Assembly (NCBI RefSeq): GCF_006345805.1
Contig: NW_021828337.1
Coordinates: forward strand, 1-8,795
Direction of reading: 5' to 3'
DNA from: Octopus sinensis
Lineage: Eukaryota
DNA length: 8,795 nt
The notes beneath the pieces are model-generated. The model was not told where the DNA came from and searched no databases. It saw only the letters and a list, made by a program, of their open reading frames with translations. The position numbers and the translations under genes were made by a program. The stretch's first letter is position 1, and each line of letters begins with the position of its first letter. Positions 7,728 through 8,795 of this stretch are shown here, in pieces.

Positions 7728-7850
7728 TTTTTTTTGTCTGATATCGGTTTGGTGTCACTGTTCTTATTCAACTTGTCGGTATTTTTATATCTCTCATGTT
7801 GATATTTTCACGGTTGATGTCGTCGCTCACGTTTCTGCTGCCGTCTCCCC

Positions 7851-7877
7851 CCACCACCACCACCACCACCACCACCA
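7851..7877. repeat. (CCA)n microsatellite
   Basis: About 9 cca units. Confidence 0.9.
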
Positions 7878-8270
7878 CTTCCTCCACGTTCATTACATCA
7901 ATCTTCTTCACATTGCTTTTTTTTAAATATAGTTGCTGTTGTTGTTGTTGTGTTTGTTGTTGATACCAGCGCCGTTGTATTTTTTAGTTTCATTACTATC
8001 TTGCACCTTGACATCACTTCGTATTCCACTTGTCGCTGGGTAATGGTAAGTTTGATGACATCGTGGTATTTTTTTTTAGAATTTTTTTTTTTTTTTGATA
8101 TTATTCTTCAAAATTTTTCTTTTTTTTTTTTGTCGACAGAAGTCATTTCTCGTTCTGCTGATAATAAATGTCGTTCGTACATTCTCTCTGTGAGGCAACC
8201 GACTGAATAGAGAGAGAAACATTTTCACGTCTTCTGCTTCTTGTTTGGTTACTTCCTACTGATACCTTAC

Positions 8271-8326
8271 CTCTTCAGCTGTCAACAGGATTTTTTTGAC
8301 AGTTGTCAGCTTGCCAGTGCCAACGA
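8271..8326 (-). CDS. Candidate 56-nt internal exon (unverified)
   Basis: Minus strand: long T-rich tract ending ttttacttttgttttttAG, then 56 nt encoding (x)VGTGKLTTVKKILLTAEE, then GAG|GTAAGG donor. Confidence 0.25.
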
Positions 8327-8328
8327 CT

Positions 8329-8400
8329 AAAAAACAAAAGTAAAACAAAAGCAAAAAAAAAAAAAACAACAACAACAACAACAACAGCAAAAAGAAAGCA
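8329..8400. repeat. A-rich / (AAC)n low-complexity tract
   Basis: A14 run followed by (caa)n. Confidence 0.8.
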
Positions 8401-8566
8401 AGAAAGAACGAAAGAAAATCTTTCCAAAATAGGAGAGATATTCCAAGATGACAAGACCTCGAGTACTCGGCAATCTCTCCTACAAATACACACCCACAAA
8501 GATTGACCACCGTCTTCATCATCCCAACCACCACCACCGCTGCCACCACCACCACCACCACACACT

Positions 8567-8735
8567 ACATAGGCGCAGGTGTGGCTGGGGGTTGAGAAGC
8601 TTGCTTCCCAACCATATGGTCTTGGTTTCAGTCCCAATGTGTGGCACTCTGGGTAAGTGTCCTCTACAATAGTTCCTGTTCGACCAAAGCCTTTGTCAGT
8701 GGATTGGTAGACGGAAACTGAAAGAAGCCCGTCTT

Positions 8736-8795
<60 letters not shown>
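8567..8795 (+). mobile_element. 5' half of SINE family C, running off the window in its (TA)n(TG)n tract
   Basis: acataggcgcaggtgtggctggggg...ggtttcagtccc...gacggaaactgaaagaagcccgtc matches the reverse complement of 1310-1484. Confidence 0.85.

Noticed and set aside
6851-7802. Long ORFs of 296, 184, 129 and 77 aa
   Set aside because: Translations of (ATT/GTT)n, which has no stops in these frames; homopolymeric L/Y/I with no domain
7730-8260. Protein-like minus-strand stretches (e.g. GGGDGSRNVSDDINRENINMRD, ATSGIRSDVKVQDSNETKKYNG)
   Set aside because: All frames are broken by several stops and long A/T homopolymers, with no splice-bounded ORF and no recognised motif
8430-8482. 10-bp inverted repeat taggagagat/atctctccta enclosing the palindrome cgagtactcg
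   Set aside because: A 10-bp stem with a short loop is expected by chance in a window of this size

Overview
Eukaryotic, AT-rich, repeat-saturated non-coding DNA. The SINE families match from memory those of octopus/cephalopod genomes (inference, not searched). No intact protein-coding gene, RNA gene, CRISPR array or prokaryotic system is supported, and almost all listed ORFs are microsatellite or SINE artefacts. Contents: a decayed CR1-type LINE 3' end (~100-545); about 11 tRNA-derived SINE copies or fragments from three head families; a ~230-bp TIR MITE carrying a 99-bp insert flanked by 11-bp direct repeats (3695-4035); a hAT/Charlie-like non-autonomous element (4966-6726) whose left end is tandemly amplified five times and hit by two SINEs; and a ~900-bp compound (ATT/GTT)n tract. 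The most notable points concern repeat evolution: a transposon end turning into a satellite, SINEs sharing a head but with different tails, and nested insertions with readable target-site duplications. There are also two weak minus-strand exon candidates (8271-8326; 1597-2789, split by a SINE). I found nothing I can honestly call a new biological system.
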